Assembly: GCF_009914755.1 (NCBI RefSeq)
Contig: NC_060925.1
DNA length: 64,000 bases
Strand: one strand, 5' to 3'
Origin: the human T2T-CHM13v2.0 reference genome, Homo sapiens
Part shown: positions 12,601 to 26,900 of the stretch, in pieces
How the letters are laid out: each line of letters begins with the position of its first letter
How positions within the stretch are numbered: the stretch's first letter is position 1
The notes under the pieces: model-generated
Databases searched by the model: none
Told to the model about the DNA's origin: nothing
Seen by the model: the letters and a program-made list of their open reading frames with translations, nothing else
Program-made: the position numbers and the translations under genes

Positions 12601-14020
12601 AATGATTCTCATAAGCTCCTTTGTGATGTGTGCGTTCAACTCACAGAGTTTAACCTTTCTTTTCATAGAGCAGTTAGGAAACACTCTGTTTGTAAAGTCT
12701 GCAAGTGGATATTCAGACCTCCTTGAGGCCTTCGTTGGAAACGGGATTTCTTCATATTCTGCTAGACAGAAGAATTCTCAGTAACTTCCTTCTGTTGTGT
12801 TTATTCAACTCACAGAGTTGAATGATCCTTTACACAGAGCAGACTTGAAACACTCTTTTTGTGGAATTTGCAAGTGGAGATTTCAGCCGCTTTGAGGTCA
12901 ACGGTAGAAAAGTAAATATCTTCGTATAAAGACTAGACAGAATGATTCTCAGAAACTCCTTTGTGATGTGTGCATTCAACTCACAGAGTTTAACCTTTCT
13001 GTTCATAGAGCTGTTAGGAAACACTCTGTTTGTAAAGTCTGCAAGTGGATATTCAGAACTCCTTGAGGCCTTCGTTGGAAACGGGATTTCTTCATATTCT
13101 GCTAGACAGAAGAATTCTCAGTAACTTCCTTGTGTTGTGTGTATTCAACTCACAGAGTTGAACAATCCTTTACACAGAGCAGACTTGAAACACTCTTTTT
13201 GTGGAATTTGCAAGTGGAGATTTCAGCCGCTTTGAGGTCAATGGTAGAAAAGGAAACATCTCCGTATAAAGACTAGACAGAATGATTCTCATAAACTCCT
13301 TTGTGATGTGTGCGTTCAACTCACAGAGTTTAACTTTTCTTTTCATAGAGCAGTTAGGAAACACTCTGTTTGTAAAGTCTGCAAGTGGATATTCAGACCT
13401 CTTTGAGGCCTTCGTTGGAAACGGGATTTCTTCATATTATGCTACACAGAAGAATTCTCAGTAACTTCCTTGTGTTGTGTGTATTCAACTCACAGAGTTG
13501 AACGATCCTTTACACAGAGCAGACTTGAAACATTCTTTTTGTGGAATTTGCAAGTGGAGATTTCAGCCGCTTTGAGGTCAATGGTAGAATAGGAAATATC
13601 TTCCTATAGAAACTAGACAGAACGATTCTCAGAAACTCCTTTGTGATGTGTGCGTTCAACTCACAGAGTTTAACCTTTCTGTTCATAGAGCAGTTAGGAA
13701 ACACTCTATTTGTAAAGTCTGCAAGTGGATATTCAGACCTCTTTGAGGCCTTCGTTGGAAACGGGATTTCTTCATATTCTGCTAGACAGAAGAATTCTCA
13801 GTAACTTCCTTGTGTTGTGTGTATTCAACTCACAGAGTTGAACGATCCTTTACACAGAGCAGACTTGAAACACTCTTTTTGTGGAATTTGCAAGTGGAGA
13901 TTTCAGCCGCTTTCAGGTCAATAGTAGAAAAGGAAATATCTTCGTAGAAAAACTAGACAGAATGATTCTCAGAAACTCCTTTGTGATGTGTGTGTTCAAC
14001 TCACAGAGTTTAACCTTTCT
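9630..14020 (+). repeat. Block duplication C, copy 1 (paralog at ~32400-36790, offset 22773-22777)
   Basis: Shared rare markers: TATGCCAGAC, a 4-bp deletion (CTCTGTAACGTCTGTA), CTATTGAAAC, GAAGCCTTCG, AAACATCTCCG and TTTCAGGTCA. Confidence 0.9.
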
Positions 14021-17000
14021 GTTCATAGAGCAGTTAGGAAACACTCTGTTTGTAAAGTCTGCAAGTGGATATTCAGACCTCCTTGAGGCCTTCGTTGGAA
14101 ACGGGATTTCTTCATATTCTGCTAGACAGAAGAATTCTCAGTAACTTCCTTGTGTTGTGTGTATTCAACTCACAGAGTTGAACGATCCTTTACACAGAGC
14201 AGACTTGAAACACTCTTTTTGTGGAATTTGCAAGTGGAGATTTCAGCCGATTTGAGGTCAATGGTAGAATAGGAAATATCTTCCTATAGAAACTAGACAG
14301 AATGATTCTCAGAAACTCCTTTGTGATGTGTGCGTTCAACTCACAGAGTTTAACCTTTCTTTTCATAGAGCAGTTAGGAAACACTCTGTTTATAAAGTCT
14401 GCAAGTCGATATTCAGACCCCTTTGAGGCCTTCGTTGGAAACGGGATTTCTTCATATTATGCTAGACAGAAGAATTCTCAGTAACTTCCTTGTGTTGTGT
14501 GTATTCAACTGACAGAGTTGAACTATCATTTAGAGAGAGCAGATTTGAAACACTGTTTTTGTGGAATTTGCAAGTGGAGATTTCAAGCGCTTTGAGGTCA
14601 ATGGTAGAAAAGGAAATATCTTCGTATAAAGACTAGACAGAATGATTCTCAGAAACTCCTTTGTGATGTGTGCGTTCAACTCACAGAGTTTAACTTTTCT
14701 TTTCATAGAGCAGTTAGGAAACACTCTGTTTGTAAAGTCTGCAAGTGGATATTCAGACCTCCTTGAGGCCTTCGTTGGAAACGGGATTTCTTCATATTCT
14801 GCTAGACAGAAGAATTCTCAGTAATTTCCTTGTGTTGTGTGTATTCAACTCACAGAGTTGAACGATCCTTTACACAGAGCAGACTTGAAACACTCTTTTT
14901 GTGGAATTTGCAAGTGGAGATTTCAGCCGCTTTGAGGTCAATGGTAGAAAAGGAAATATCTTCGTATAAAGACTAGACAGAATGATTCTCAGAAACTCCT
15001 TTGTGATGTGTGCGTTCAACTCACAGAGTTTAACTTTTCTTTTCATAGAGCAGTTAGGAAACACTCTGTTTGTAAAGTCTGCAAGTGGATATTCAGACCT
15101 CTTTGAGGCCTTCGTTGGAAACGGGATTTCTTCATATTATGCTAGACAGAAGAATTCTCAGTAACTTCCTTGTGTTGTGTGTAATCAACTCACAGAGTTG
15201 AACGATCCTTTACACAGAGCAGACTTGAAACATTCTTTTTGTGGAATTTGTAAGTGGAGATTTCAGCCGCTTTGAGGTCAATGGTAGAATGGGAAATATC
15301 TTCCTATAGAAACTAGACAGAACGATTCTCAGAAACTCCTTTGTGATGTGTGCGTTCAACTCACAGAGTTTAACCTTTCTTTTCATAGAGCAGTTAGGAA
15401 ACACTCTGTTTGTAAAGTCTGCAAGTGGATATTCAGACCTCTTTGAGGCCTTCGTTGGAAACGGGATTTCTTCATATTATGCTAGACAGAAGAATTCTCA
15501 GTAACTTCCTTGTGTTGTGTGTATTCAACTCACAGAGTTGAACGATCCTTTACACAGAGCAGACTTGAAACACTCTTTTTGTGGAATTTGCAAGTGGAGA
15601 TTTCAGCCGCTTTGAGGTCAATAGTAGAAAAGGAAATATCTTCGTAGAAAAACTAGACAGAATGATTCTCATAAACTCCTTTGTGATGTGTGCGTTCAAC
15701 TCACAGAGTTTAACTTTTCTTTTCATAGAGCAGTTAGGAAACACTCTGTTTGTAAAGTGTGCAAGTGGATATTCAGACCTCTTTGAGGCCTTCGTTGGAC
15801 ACGGGATTTCTTCATATTCTGCTAGACAGAAGAATTCTCAGTAACTTCCTTGTGTTGTGTGTATTCAACTCACAGAGTTGAACGATCCTTTACACAGAGC
15901 AGACTTGAAACATTCTTTTTGTGGAATTTGCAAGTGGAGATTTCAGCCGCTTTGAGGTCAATGGTAGAATAGGAAATATCTTCTTATAGAAACTAGACAG
16001 AATGATTCTCAGAAACTCCTTTGTGATGTGTGCGTTCAACTCACAGAGTTTAACCTTTCTTTTCATAGAGCAGTTAGGAAACACTCTGTTTGTAAAGTCT
16101 GCAAGTGGATATTCAGACCTCTTTGAGGCCTTCGTTGGAAACGGGATTTCTTCATATTCTGCTAGACAGAAGAATTCTCAGTAACTTCCTTGTGTTGTGT
16201 GTATTCAACTCACAGAGTTGAACGATCCTTTACACAGAGCAGACTTGAAACACTCTTTTTGTGGAATTTGCAAGTGGAGATTTCAGCCGCTTTGAGGTCA
16301 ATAGTAGAAAAGGAAATATCTTCGTAGAAAAACTAGACAGAATGATTCTCAGAAACTCCTTTGTGATGTGTGTGTTCAACTCACAGAGTTTAACCTTTCT
16401 TTTCATAGAGCAGTTAGTAAACACTCTGTTTATAAAGTCTGCAAGTCGATATTCAGACCCCTTTGAGGCCTTCGTTGGAAACGGGATTTCTTCATATTAT
16501 GCTAGACAGAAGAATTCTCAGTAACTTCCTTGTGTTGTGTGTATTCAACTGACAGAGTTGAACTATCATTTAGAGAGAGCAGATTTGAAACACTGTTTTT
16601 GTGGAATTTGCAAGTGGAGATTTCAAGCGCTTTGAGGTCAATGGTAGAAAAGGAAATATCTTCGTATAAAGACTAGACAGAATGATTCTCAGAAACTCCT
16701 TTGTGATGTGTGCGTTCAACTCACAGAGTTTAACTTTTCTTTTCATAGAGCAGTTAGGAAACACTCTGTTTGTAAAGTCTGCAAGTGGATATTCAGACCT
16801 CCTTGAGGCCTTCGTTGGAAACGGGATTTCTTCATATTCTGCTAGACAGAAGAATTCTCAGTAACTTCCTTGTGTTGTGTGTATTCAACTCACAGAGTTG
16901 AACGATCCTTTACACAGAGCAGACTTGAAACACTCTTTTTGTGGAATTTGCAAGTGGAGATTTCAGCCGCTTTGAGGTCAATGGTAGAAAAGGAAATATC

Positions 17001-17189
17001 TTCGTATAAAGACTAGACAGAATGATTCTCAGAAACTCCTTTGTGATGTGTGCGTTCAACTCACAGAGTTTAACTTTTCTTTTCATAGAGCAGTTAGGAA
17101 ACACTCTGTTTGTAAAGTCTGCAAGTGGATATTCAGACCTCTTTGAGGCCTTCGTTGGAAACGGGATTTCTTCATATTCTGCTAGACAG

Positions 17190-20100
17190 AAGAATTCTCA
17201 GTAACTTCCTTGTGTTGTGTGTATTCAACTCACAGAGTTGAACGATCCTTTACACAGAGCAGACTTGAAACATTCTTTTTGTGGAATTTGCAAGTGGAGA
17301 TTTCAGCCGCTTTGAGGTCAATGGTAGAATAGGAAATATCTTCCTATAGAAACTAGACAGAACGATTCTCAGAAACTCCTTTGTGATGTGTGCGTTCAAC
17401 TCACAGAGTTTAACCTTTCTTTTCATAGAGCAGTTAGGAAACACTCTGTTTGTAAAGTCTGCAAGTGGATATTCAGACCTCTTTGAGGCCTTCTTTGGAA
17501 ACGGGATTTCTTCATATTATGCTAGACAGAAGAATTCTCAGTAACTTCCTTGTGTTGTGTGTATTCAACTGACAGAGTTGAACTTTCATTTAGAGAGAGC
17601 AGATTTGAAACACTGTTTTTGTGGAATTTGCAATTGGAGATTTCAAGCGCTTTGGGGCCAAAGGCAGAAAAGGAAATATCTTCGTATAAAAACTAGACAG
17701 AATGATTCTCAGAAACTCCTTTGTGATGTGTGCGTTCAACTCACAGAGTTTAACTTTTCTTTTCATAGAGCAGTTAGGAAACACTCTGTTTGTAAAGTCT
17801 GCAAGTGGATATTCAGACCTCCTTGAGGCCTTCTTTGGAAACGGGATTTCTTCATATTCTGCTAGACAGAAGAATTCTCAGTAACTTCCTTGTGTTGTGT
17901 GTATTCAACTCACAGAGTTGAACGATCCTTTACACAGAGCAGACTTGAAACACTCTTTTTGTGGAATTTGCAAGTGGAGATTTCAGCCGCTTTGAGGTCA
18001 ATGGTAGAAAAGGAAATATCTTCGTATAAAGACTAGACAGAATGATTCTCAGAAACTCCTTTGTGATGTGTGCGTTCAACTCACAGAGTTTAACCTTTCT
18101 TTTCATAGAGCAGTTAGGAAACACTCTGTTTGTAAAGTCTGCAAGTGGATATTCAGACCTCTTTGAGGCCTTCGTTGGAAACGGGATTTCTTCATATTCT
18201 GCTAGACAGAAGAATTCTCAGTAACTTCCTTGTGTTGTGTGTATTCAACTCACAGAGTTGAACGATCCTTTACACAGAGCAGACTTGAAACACTCTTTTT
18301 GTGGAATTTGCAAGTGGAGATTTCAGCCGCTTTGAGGTCAATAGTAGAAAAGGAAATATCTTCATAGAAAAACTAGACAGAATGATTCTCATAAACTCCT
18401 TTGTGATGTGTGCGTTCAACTCACAGAGTTTAACTTTTCTTTTCATAGAGCAGTTAGGAAACACTGTTTGTAAAGTCTGCAAGTGGATATTCAGACCTCT
18501 TTGAGGCCTTCGTTGGAAACGGGATTTCTTCATATTATGCTAGACAGAATAATTCTCAGTAACTTCCTTGTGTTGTGTGTATTCAACTCACAGAGTTGAA
18601 CGATCCTTTACACAGAGCAGACTTGAAACATTCTTTTTGTGGAATTTGCAAGTGGAGATTTCAGCCGCTTTGAGGTCAATGGTAGAATAGGAAATATCTT
18701 CCTATAGAAACTAGACAGAACGATTCTCAGAAACTCCTTTGTGATGTGTGCGTTCAACTCACAGAGTTTAACCTTTCTTTTCATAGAGCAGTTAGGAAAC
18801 ACTCTGTTTGTAAAGTCTGCAAGTGGATATTCAGACCTCTTTGAGGCCTTCGTTGGAAACGGGATTTCTTCATATTCTGCTAGACAGAAGAATTCTCACT
18901 AACTTCCTTGTGTTGTGTGTATTCAACTCACAGATTTGAACGATCCTTTACACAGAGCAGACTTGAAACACTCTTTTTGTGGAATTTGCAAGTGGAGATT
19001 TCAGCCGCTTTGAGGTCAATAGTAGAAAAGGAAATATCTTCGTAGAAAAACTAGACAGAATCATTCTCAGAAACTCCTTTGTGATGTGTGTGTTCAACTC
19101 ACAGAGTTTAACCTTTCTTTTCATAGAGCAGTTAGTAAACACTCTGTTTATAAAGTCTGCAAGTGGATATTCAGACCCCTTTGAGGCCTTCGTTGGAAAC
19201 GGGATTTCTTCATATTATTCTAGACAGAAGAATTCTCAGTAACTTCCTTGTGTTGTGTGTATTCAACTGACAGAGTTGAACTTTCATTTAGAGAGAGCAG
19301 ATTTGAAACACTGTTTTTGTGGAATTTGCAATTGGAGATTTCAAGCGCTTTGGGGCCAAAGGCAGAAAAGGAAATATCTTCGTATAAAAACTAGACAGAA
19401 TCATTCTCAGAAACTGCTGCGTGATGTGTGCGTTCAACTCTCAGAGTTTAACTTTTCTTTTCATTCAGCGGTTTGGAAACACTCTGTTTGTAAAGTCTGC
19501 ACGTGGATATTTTGACCACTTAGAGGCCTTCGTTGGAAACGGGTTTTTTTCATGTTAGGCTAGACAGAAGAATTCCCACTAACTTCCTTGTGTTGTGTGC
19601 ATTCAACTCACAGAGTTGAACGTTCCCTTAGACAGAGCAGATTTGAAACACTCTATTTGTGCAATTTGCAAGTGTAGATTTCAAGCGCTTTAAGGTCAAT
19701 GGCAGAAAAGGAAATATCTTCGTTTCAAAACTACACAGAATCATTCCCACAAACTGCGTTGTGATGTGTTCGTTCAACTCACAGAGTTTAACCTTTCTGT
19801 TCATAGAGCAGTTAGGAAACACTCTGTTTGTAAAGTCTGCAAGTGGATATTCAGACCTCCTTGAGGCCTTCGTTGGAAACGGGATTTCTTCATATTCTGC
19901 TAGACAGAATAATTCTCAGTAACTTCCTTGTGTTGTGTGTATTCAACTCACAGAGCTGAACGATCCTTTACACAGAGCAGACTTGAAACACTCTTTTTGT
20001 GGAATTTGCAAGTGGAGATTTCAGCCGCTTTGAGGTCAATGGTAGAATAGGAAATATCTTCCTATAGAAACTAGACAGAACGATTCACAGAAACTCCTTT

Positions 20101-22340
20101 GTGATGTGTGCGTTCAACTCACAGAGTTTAACCTTTCTTTTCATAGAGCAGTTAGGAAACACTCTGTTTGTAAAGTCTGCAAGTGGATATTCAGACCTCT
20201 TTGAGGCCTTCGTTGAAAACGGGATTTCTTCATATTCTGCTAGACAGAAGAATTCTCAGTAACTTCCTTGTGTTGTGTGTATTCAACTCACAGAGTTGAA
20301 CGATCCTTTACACAGAGCAGACTTGAAACACTCTTTTTGTGGAATTTGCAAGTGGAGATTTCAGCCGCTTTGAGGTCAATAGTAGAAAAGGAAATATCTT
20401 CGTAGAAAAACTAGACAGAATGATTCTCAGAAACTCCTTTGTGATGTGTGTGTTCAACTCACAGAGTTTAACCTTTCTTTTCATAGAGCAGTTAGTAAAC
20501 ACTCTGTTTATAAAGTCTGCAAGTGGATATTCAGACCCCTTTGAGGCCTTCGTTGGAAACGGGATTTCTTCATATTATGCTAGACAGAAGAATTCTCAGT
20601 AACTTTCTTGTGTTGTGTGTATTCAACTGACAGAGTTGAACTATCATTTAGAGAGTGCAGATTTGAAACACTGCTTTTGTGGAATTTGTAAGTGGAGATT
20701 TCAAGCGCTTTGGGGCCAAAGGCAGAAAAGGAAATATCTTCGTATAAAAACTAGACAGAATCATTCTCAGAAACTGCTGCGTGATGTGTGCGTTCAACTC
20801 TCAGAGTTTAACTTTTCTTTTCATTCAGCGGTTTGGAAACACTCTGTTTGTAAAGTCTGCACGTGGAAATTTTGACCACTTAGTGGCCTTCGTTGGAAAC
20901 GGGTTTTTTTCATGTAAGGCTAGACAGAAGAATTCCCAGTAACTTCCTTGTGTTGTGTGCATTCAACTCACAGAGTTGAACGTTCCCTTAGACAGAGCAG
21001 ATTTGAAACACTCTATTTGTGCAATTTGCAAGTGTAGATTTCAAGCGCTTTAAGGTCAATGGCAGAAAAGGAAATATCTTCGTTTCAAAACTAGACAGAA
21101 TCATTCCCACAAACTGCGTTGTGATGTGTTCGTTCAACTCACAGAGTTTAACCTTTCTGTTCATAGAGCAGTTAGGAAACACTCTGTTTGTAAAGTCTGT
21201 AAGTGGATATTCTGACATCTTGTGGCCTTCGTTGGAAACGGGATTTCTTCATATTCTGCTAGACAGAAGAATTCTCAGTAACTTCCTTCTGTTGTGTGTA
21301 TTCAACTCACAGAGTTGAACGATCCTTTACACAGAGCAGACTTGAAACACTCTTTTTGTGGAATTTGCAAGTGGAGATTTCAGCCGCTTTGAGGTCAATG
21401 GTAGAAAAGGAAACTATCTTCATATAAAGACTAGACAGAATGATTCTCAGAAAATATTTTGTGATGTGTGCGTTCAACTCACAGAGTTTAACGTTTCTTC
21501 TCATAGAGCAGTTAGGAAACACTCTGTTTGTAAAGTCTGCAAGTGGATATTCAGACCTCTTTGAGGCCTTCGTTGGAAACGGGATTTCTTCATATTATGC
21601 TAGACAGAATAATTCTCAGTAACTTCCTTGTGTTGTGTGTATTCAACTCACAGAGTTGAAGGATCCTTTACAGAGAGCAGGCTTGAAACACTCTTTTTGT
21701 CGAATTTGCAAGTGGAGATTTCAGCCGCTTTGAGGTCAATGGTAGAATAGGAAATATCTTCTTATAGAAACTAGACAGAATGATTCTCATAAACTCCTTT
21801 GTGATGTGTGCGTTCAACTCACAGAGTTTAACCTTTCTTTTCATAGAGCAGTTAGGAAACACTCTGTTTGTAAAGTCTGCAAGTGGATATTCAGACCTCC
21901 TTGAGGCCTTCGTTGGAAACGGGATTTCTTCATATTCTGCTAGACAGAAGAATTCTCAGTAACTTCCTTGTGTTGTGTTTATTCAACTCACAGAGTTGAA
22001 TGATCCTTTACACAGAGCAGACTTGAAACACTCTTTTTGTGGAATTTGCAAGTGGAGATTTCAGCCGCTTTGAGGTCAATGGTAGAAAAGTAAATATCTT
22101 CGTATAAAGACTAGACAGAATGATTCTCAGAAACTCCTTTGTGATGTGTGCGTTCAACTCACAGAGTTTAACCTTTCTGTTCATAGAGCAGTTAGGAAAC
22201 ACTCTGTTTGTAAAGTCTGTAAGTGGATATTCTGACATCTTGTGGCCTTCGTTGGAAACGGGATTTCTTCATATTCTGCTAGACAGAAGAATTCTCAGTA
22301 ACTTCCTTGTGTTGTGTGTATTCAACTCACAGAGTTGAAC
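17190..22340 (+). repeat. Block duplication A, copy 2
   Basis: ORF-track offset is constant at 16993 (257/17250, 2262/19255, 5015/22008). Confidence 0.9.
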
Positions 22341-23939
22341 GATCCTTTACACAGAGCAGACTTGAAACACTCTTTTTGTGGAATTTGCAAGTGGAGATTT
22401 CAGCCGCTTTGAGGTCAATAGTAGAAAAGGAAATATCTTCGTAGAAAAACTAGACAGAATGATTCTCATAAACTCCTTTGTGATGTGTGCGTTCAACTCA
22501 CAGAGTTTAACTTTTCTTTTCATAGAGCAGTTAGGAAACACTCTGTTTGTAAAGTGTGCAAGTGGATATTCAGACCTCTTTGAGGCCTTCGTTGGACACG
22601 GGATTTCTTCATATTCTGCTAGACAGAAGAATTCTCAGTAACTTCCTTGTGTTGTGTGTATTCAACTCACAGAGTTGAACGATCCTTTACACAGAGCAGA
22701 CTTGAAACATTCTTTTTGTGGAATTTGCAAGTGGAGATTTCAGCCGCTTTGAGGTCAATGGTAGAATAGGAAATATCTTCTTATAGAAACTAGACAGAAT
22801 GATTCTCAGAAACTCCTTTGTGATGTGTGCGTTCAACTCACAGAGTTTAACCTTTCTTTTCATAGAGCAGTTAGGAAACACTCTGTTTGTAAAGTCTGCA
22901 AGTGGATATTCAGACCTCTTTGAGGCCTTCGTTGGAAACGGGATTTCTTCATATTCTGCTAGACAGAAGAATTCTCAGTAACTTCCTTGTGTTGTGTGTA
23001 TTCAACTCACAGATTTGAACGATCCTTTACACAGAGCAGACTTGAAACATTCTTTTTGTGGAATTTGTAAGTGGAGATTTCAGCCGCTTTGAGGTCAATG
23101 GTAGAATGGGAAATATCTTCCTATAGAAACTAGACAGAACGATTCTCAGAAACTCCTTTGTGATGTGTGCGTTCAACTCACTGAGTTTAACCTTTCTTTT
23201 CATAGAGCAGTTAGGAAACACTCTGTTTGTAAAGTCTGCAAGTGGATATTCAGACCTCTTTGAGGCCTTCGTTGGAAACGGGATTTCTTCATATTATGGT
23301 AGACAGAAGAATTCTCAGTAACTTCCTTGTGTTGTGTGTATTCAACTCACAGAGTTGAACGATCCTTTACACAGAGCAGACTTGAAACACTCTTTTTGTG
23401 GAATTTGCAAGTGGAGATTTCAGCCGCTTTGAGGTCAATAGTAGAAAAGGAAATATCTTCGTAGAAAAACTAGACAGAATGATTCTCATAAACTCCTTTG
23501 TGATGTGTGCGTTCAACTCACAGAGTTTAACTTTTCTTTTCATAGAGCAGTTAGGAAACACTCTGTTTGTAAAGTGTGCAAGTGGATATTCAGACCTCTT
23601 TGAGGCCTTCGTTGGACACGGGATTTCTTCATATTCTGCTAGACAGAAGAATTCTCAGTAACTTCCTTGTGTTGTGTGTATTCAACTCACAGAGTTGAAC
23701 GATCCTTTACACAGAGCAGACTTGAAACATTCTTTTTGTGGAATTTGCAAGTGGAGATTTCAGCCGCTTTGAGGTCAATGGTAGAATGGGAAATATCTTC
23801 CTATAGAAACTAGACAGAACGATTCTCAGAAACTCCTTTGTGATGTGTGCGTTCAACTCACAGAGTTTAACCTTTCTTTTCATAGAGCAGTTAGGAAACA
23901 CTCTGTTTGTAAAGTCTGCAAGTGGATATTCAGACCTCT

Positions 23940-26900
23940 TTGAGGCCTTCTTTGGAAACGGGATTTCTTCATATTCTGCTAGACTGAAGAATTCTCAGTA
24001 ACTTCCTTGTGTTGTGTGTATTCAACTCACAGAGTTGAACGATCCTTTACACAGAGCAGACTTGAAACATTCTTTTTGTGGAATTTGCAAGTGGAGATTT
24101 CAGCCGCTTTGAGGTCAATGGTAGAATAGGAAATATCTTCCTATAGAAACTAGACAGAACGATTCTCAGAAACTCCTTTGTGATGTGTGCGTTCAACTCA
24201 CAGAGTTTAACCTTTCTTTTCATAGAGCAGTTAGGAAACACTCTGTTTGTAAAGTCTGCAAGTGGATATTCAGACCTCTTTGAGGCCTTCGTTGGAAACG
24301 GGATTTCTTCATATTCTGCTAGACAGAAGAATTCTCAGTAACTTCCTTGTGTTGTGTGTATTCAACTCACAGAGTTGAATGATCCTTTACACAGAGCAGA
24401 CTTGAAACACTCTTTTTGTGGAATTTGCAAGTGGAGATTTCAGCCGCTTTGAGGTCAATAGTAGAAAAGGAAATATCTTCGTAGAAAAACTAGACAGAAT
24501 GATTCTCAGAAACTCCTTTGTGATGTGTGCGTTCAACTCACAGAGTTTAACTTTTCTTTTCATAGAGCAGTTACGAAACACTCTGTTTGTAAAGTCTGCA
24601 AGTGGATATTCAGACCTCTTTGAGGCCTTCGTTGGAAACGGGATTTCTTCATATTATGCTAGACAGAATAATTCTCAGTAACTTCCTTGTGTTGTGTGTA
24701 TTCAACTCACAGAGTTGAACGATCCTTTACACAGAGCAGACTTGAAACATTCTTTTTGTGGAATTTGCAAGTGGAGATTTCAGCCGCTTTGAGGTCAATG
24801 GTAGAATAGGAAATATCTTCCTATAGAAACTAGACAGAACGATTCTCAGAAACTCCTTTGTGATGTGTGCGTTCAACTCACAGAGTTTAACCTTTCTTTT
24901 CATAGAGCAGTTAGGAAACACTCTGTTTGTAAAGTCTGCAAGTGGATATTCAGACCTCTTTGAGGCCTTCGTTGGAAACGGGATTTCTTCATATTCTGCT
25001 AGACAGAAGAATTCTCACTAACTTCCTTGTGTTGTGTGTATTCAACTCACAGATTTGAACGATCCTTTACACAGAGCAGACTTGAAACACTCTTTTTGTG
25101 GAATTTGCAAGTGGAGATTTCAGCCGCTTTGAGGTCAATAGTAGAAAAGGAAATATCTTCGTAGAAAAACTAGACAGAATCATTCTCAGAAACTCCTTTG
25201 TGATGTGTGTGTTCAACTCACAGAGTTTAACCTTTCTTTTCATAGAGCAGTTAGTAAACACTCTGTTTATAAAGTCTGCAAGTGGATATTCTGACCCCTT
25301 TGAGGCCTTCGTTGGAAACGGGATTTCTTCATATTATTCTAGACAGAAGAATTCTCAGTAACTTCCTTGTGTTGTGTGTATTCAACTGACAGAGTTGAAC
25401 TTTCATTTAGAGAGAGCAGATTTGAAACACTGTTTTTGTGGAATTTGCAATTGGAGATTTCAAGCGCTTTGGGGCCAAAGTCAGAAAAGGAAATATCTTC
25501 GTATAAAAACTAGACAGAATCATTCTCAGAAACTGCTGCGTGATGTGTGCGTTCAACTCTCAGAGTTTAACTTTTCTTTTCATTCAGCGGTTTGGAAACA
25601 CTCTGTTTGTAAAGTCTGCACGTGGATATTTTGACCACTTAGAGGCCTTCGTTGGAAACGGGTTTTTTTCATGTTAGGCTAGACAGAAGAATTCCCAGTA
25701 ACTTCCTTGTGTTGTGTGCATTCAACTCACAGAGTTGAACGTTCCCTTAGACAGAGCAGATTTGAAACACTCTATTTGTGCAATTTGCAAGTGTAGATTT
25801 CAAGCGCTTTAAGGTCAATGGCAGAAAAGGAAATATCTTCGTTTCAAAACTGGACAGAATCATTCCCACAAACTGCGTTGTGATGTGTTCGTTCAACTCA
25901 CAGAGTTTAACCTTTCTGTTCATAGAGCAGTTAGGAAACACTCTGTTTGTAAAGTCTGCAAGTGGATATTCAGACCTCTTTGAGGCCTTCGTTGGAAACG
26001 GGATTTCTTCATATTCTGCTAGACAGAAGAATTCTCAGTAACTTCCTTGTGTTGTGTGTATTCAACTCACAGAGTTGAACGATCCTTTACACAGAGCAGA
26101 CTTGAAACACTCTTTTTGTGGAATTTGCAAGTGGAGATTTCAGCCGCTTTGAGGTCAATGGTAGAATAGGAAATATCTTCCTATAGAAACTAGACAGAAC
26201 GATTCACAGAAACTCCTTTGTGATGTGTGCGTTCAACTCACAGAGTTTAACCTTTCTTTTCATAGAGCAGTTAGGAAACACTCTGTTTGTAAAGTCTGCA
26301 AGTGGATATTCAGACCTCTTTGAGGCCTTCGTTGGAAACGGGATTTCTTCATATTCTGCTAGACAGAAGAATTCTCAGTAACTTCCTTGTGTTGTGTGTA
26401 TTCAACTCACAGAGTTGAACGATCCTTTACACAGAGCAGACTTGAAACACTCTTTTTGGGGAATTTGCAAGTGGAGATTTCAGCCGCTTTGAGGTCAATG
26501 GTAGAAAAGGAAACTATCTTCATATAAAGACTAGACAGAATGATTCTCAGAAAATCTTTTCTGATGTGTGCGCTCAACTCACAGAGTTTAACTTTTCTTC
26601 TCATAGAGCAGTTAGGAAACACTCTGTTTGTAAAGTGTGCAAGTGGATATTCAGACCTCTTTGAGGCCTTCGTTGGAAACGGGATTTCTTCATATTATGC
26701 TAGACAGAATAATTCTCAGTAACTTCCTTGTGTTGTGTGTATTCAACTCACAGAGTTGAAGGATCCTTTACAGAGAGCAGGCTTGAAACACTCTTTTTGT
26801 CGAATTTGCAAGTGGAGATTTCAGCCGCTTTGAGGTCAATGGTAGAATAGGAAATATCTTCTTATAGAAACTAGACAGAATGATTCTCATAAACTCCTTT

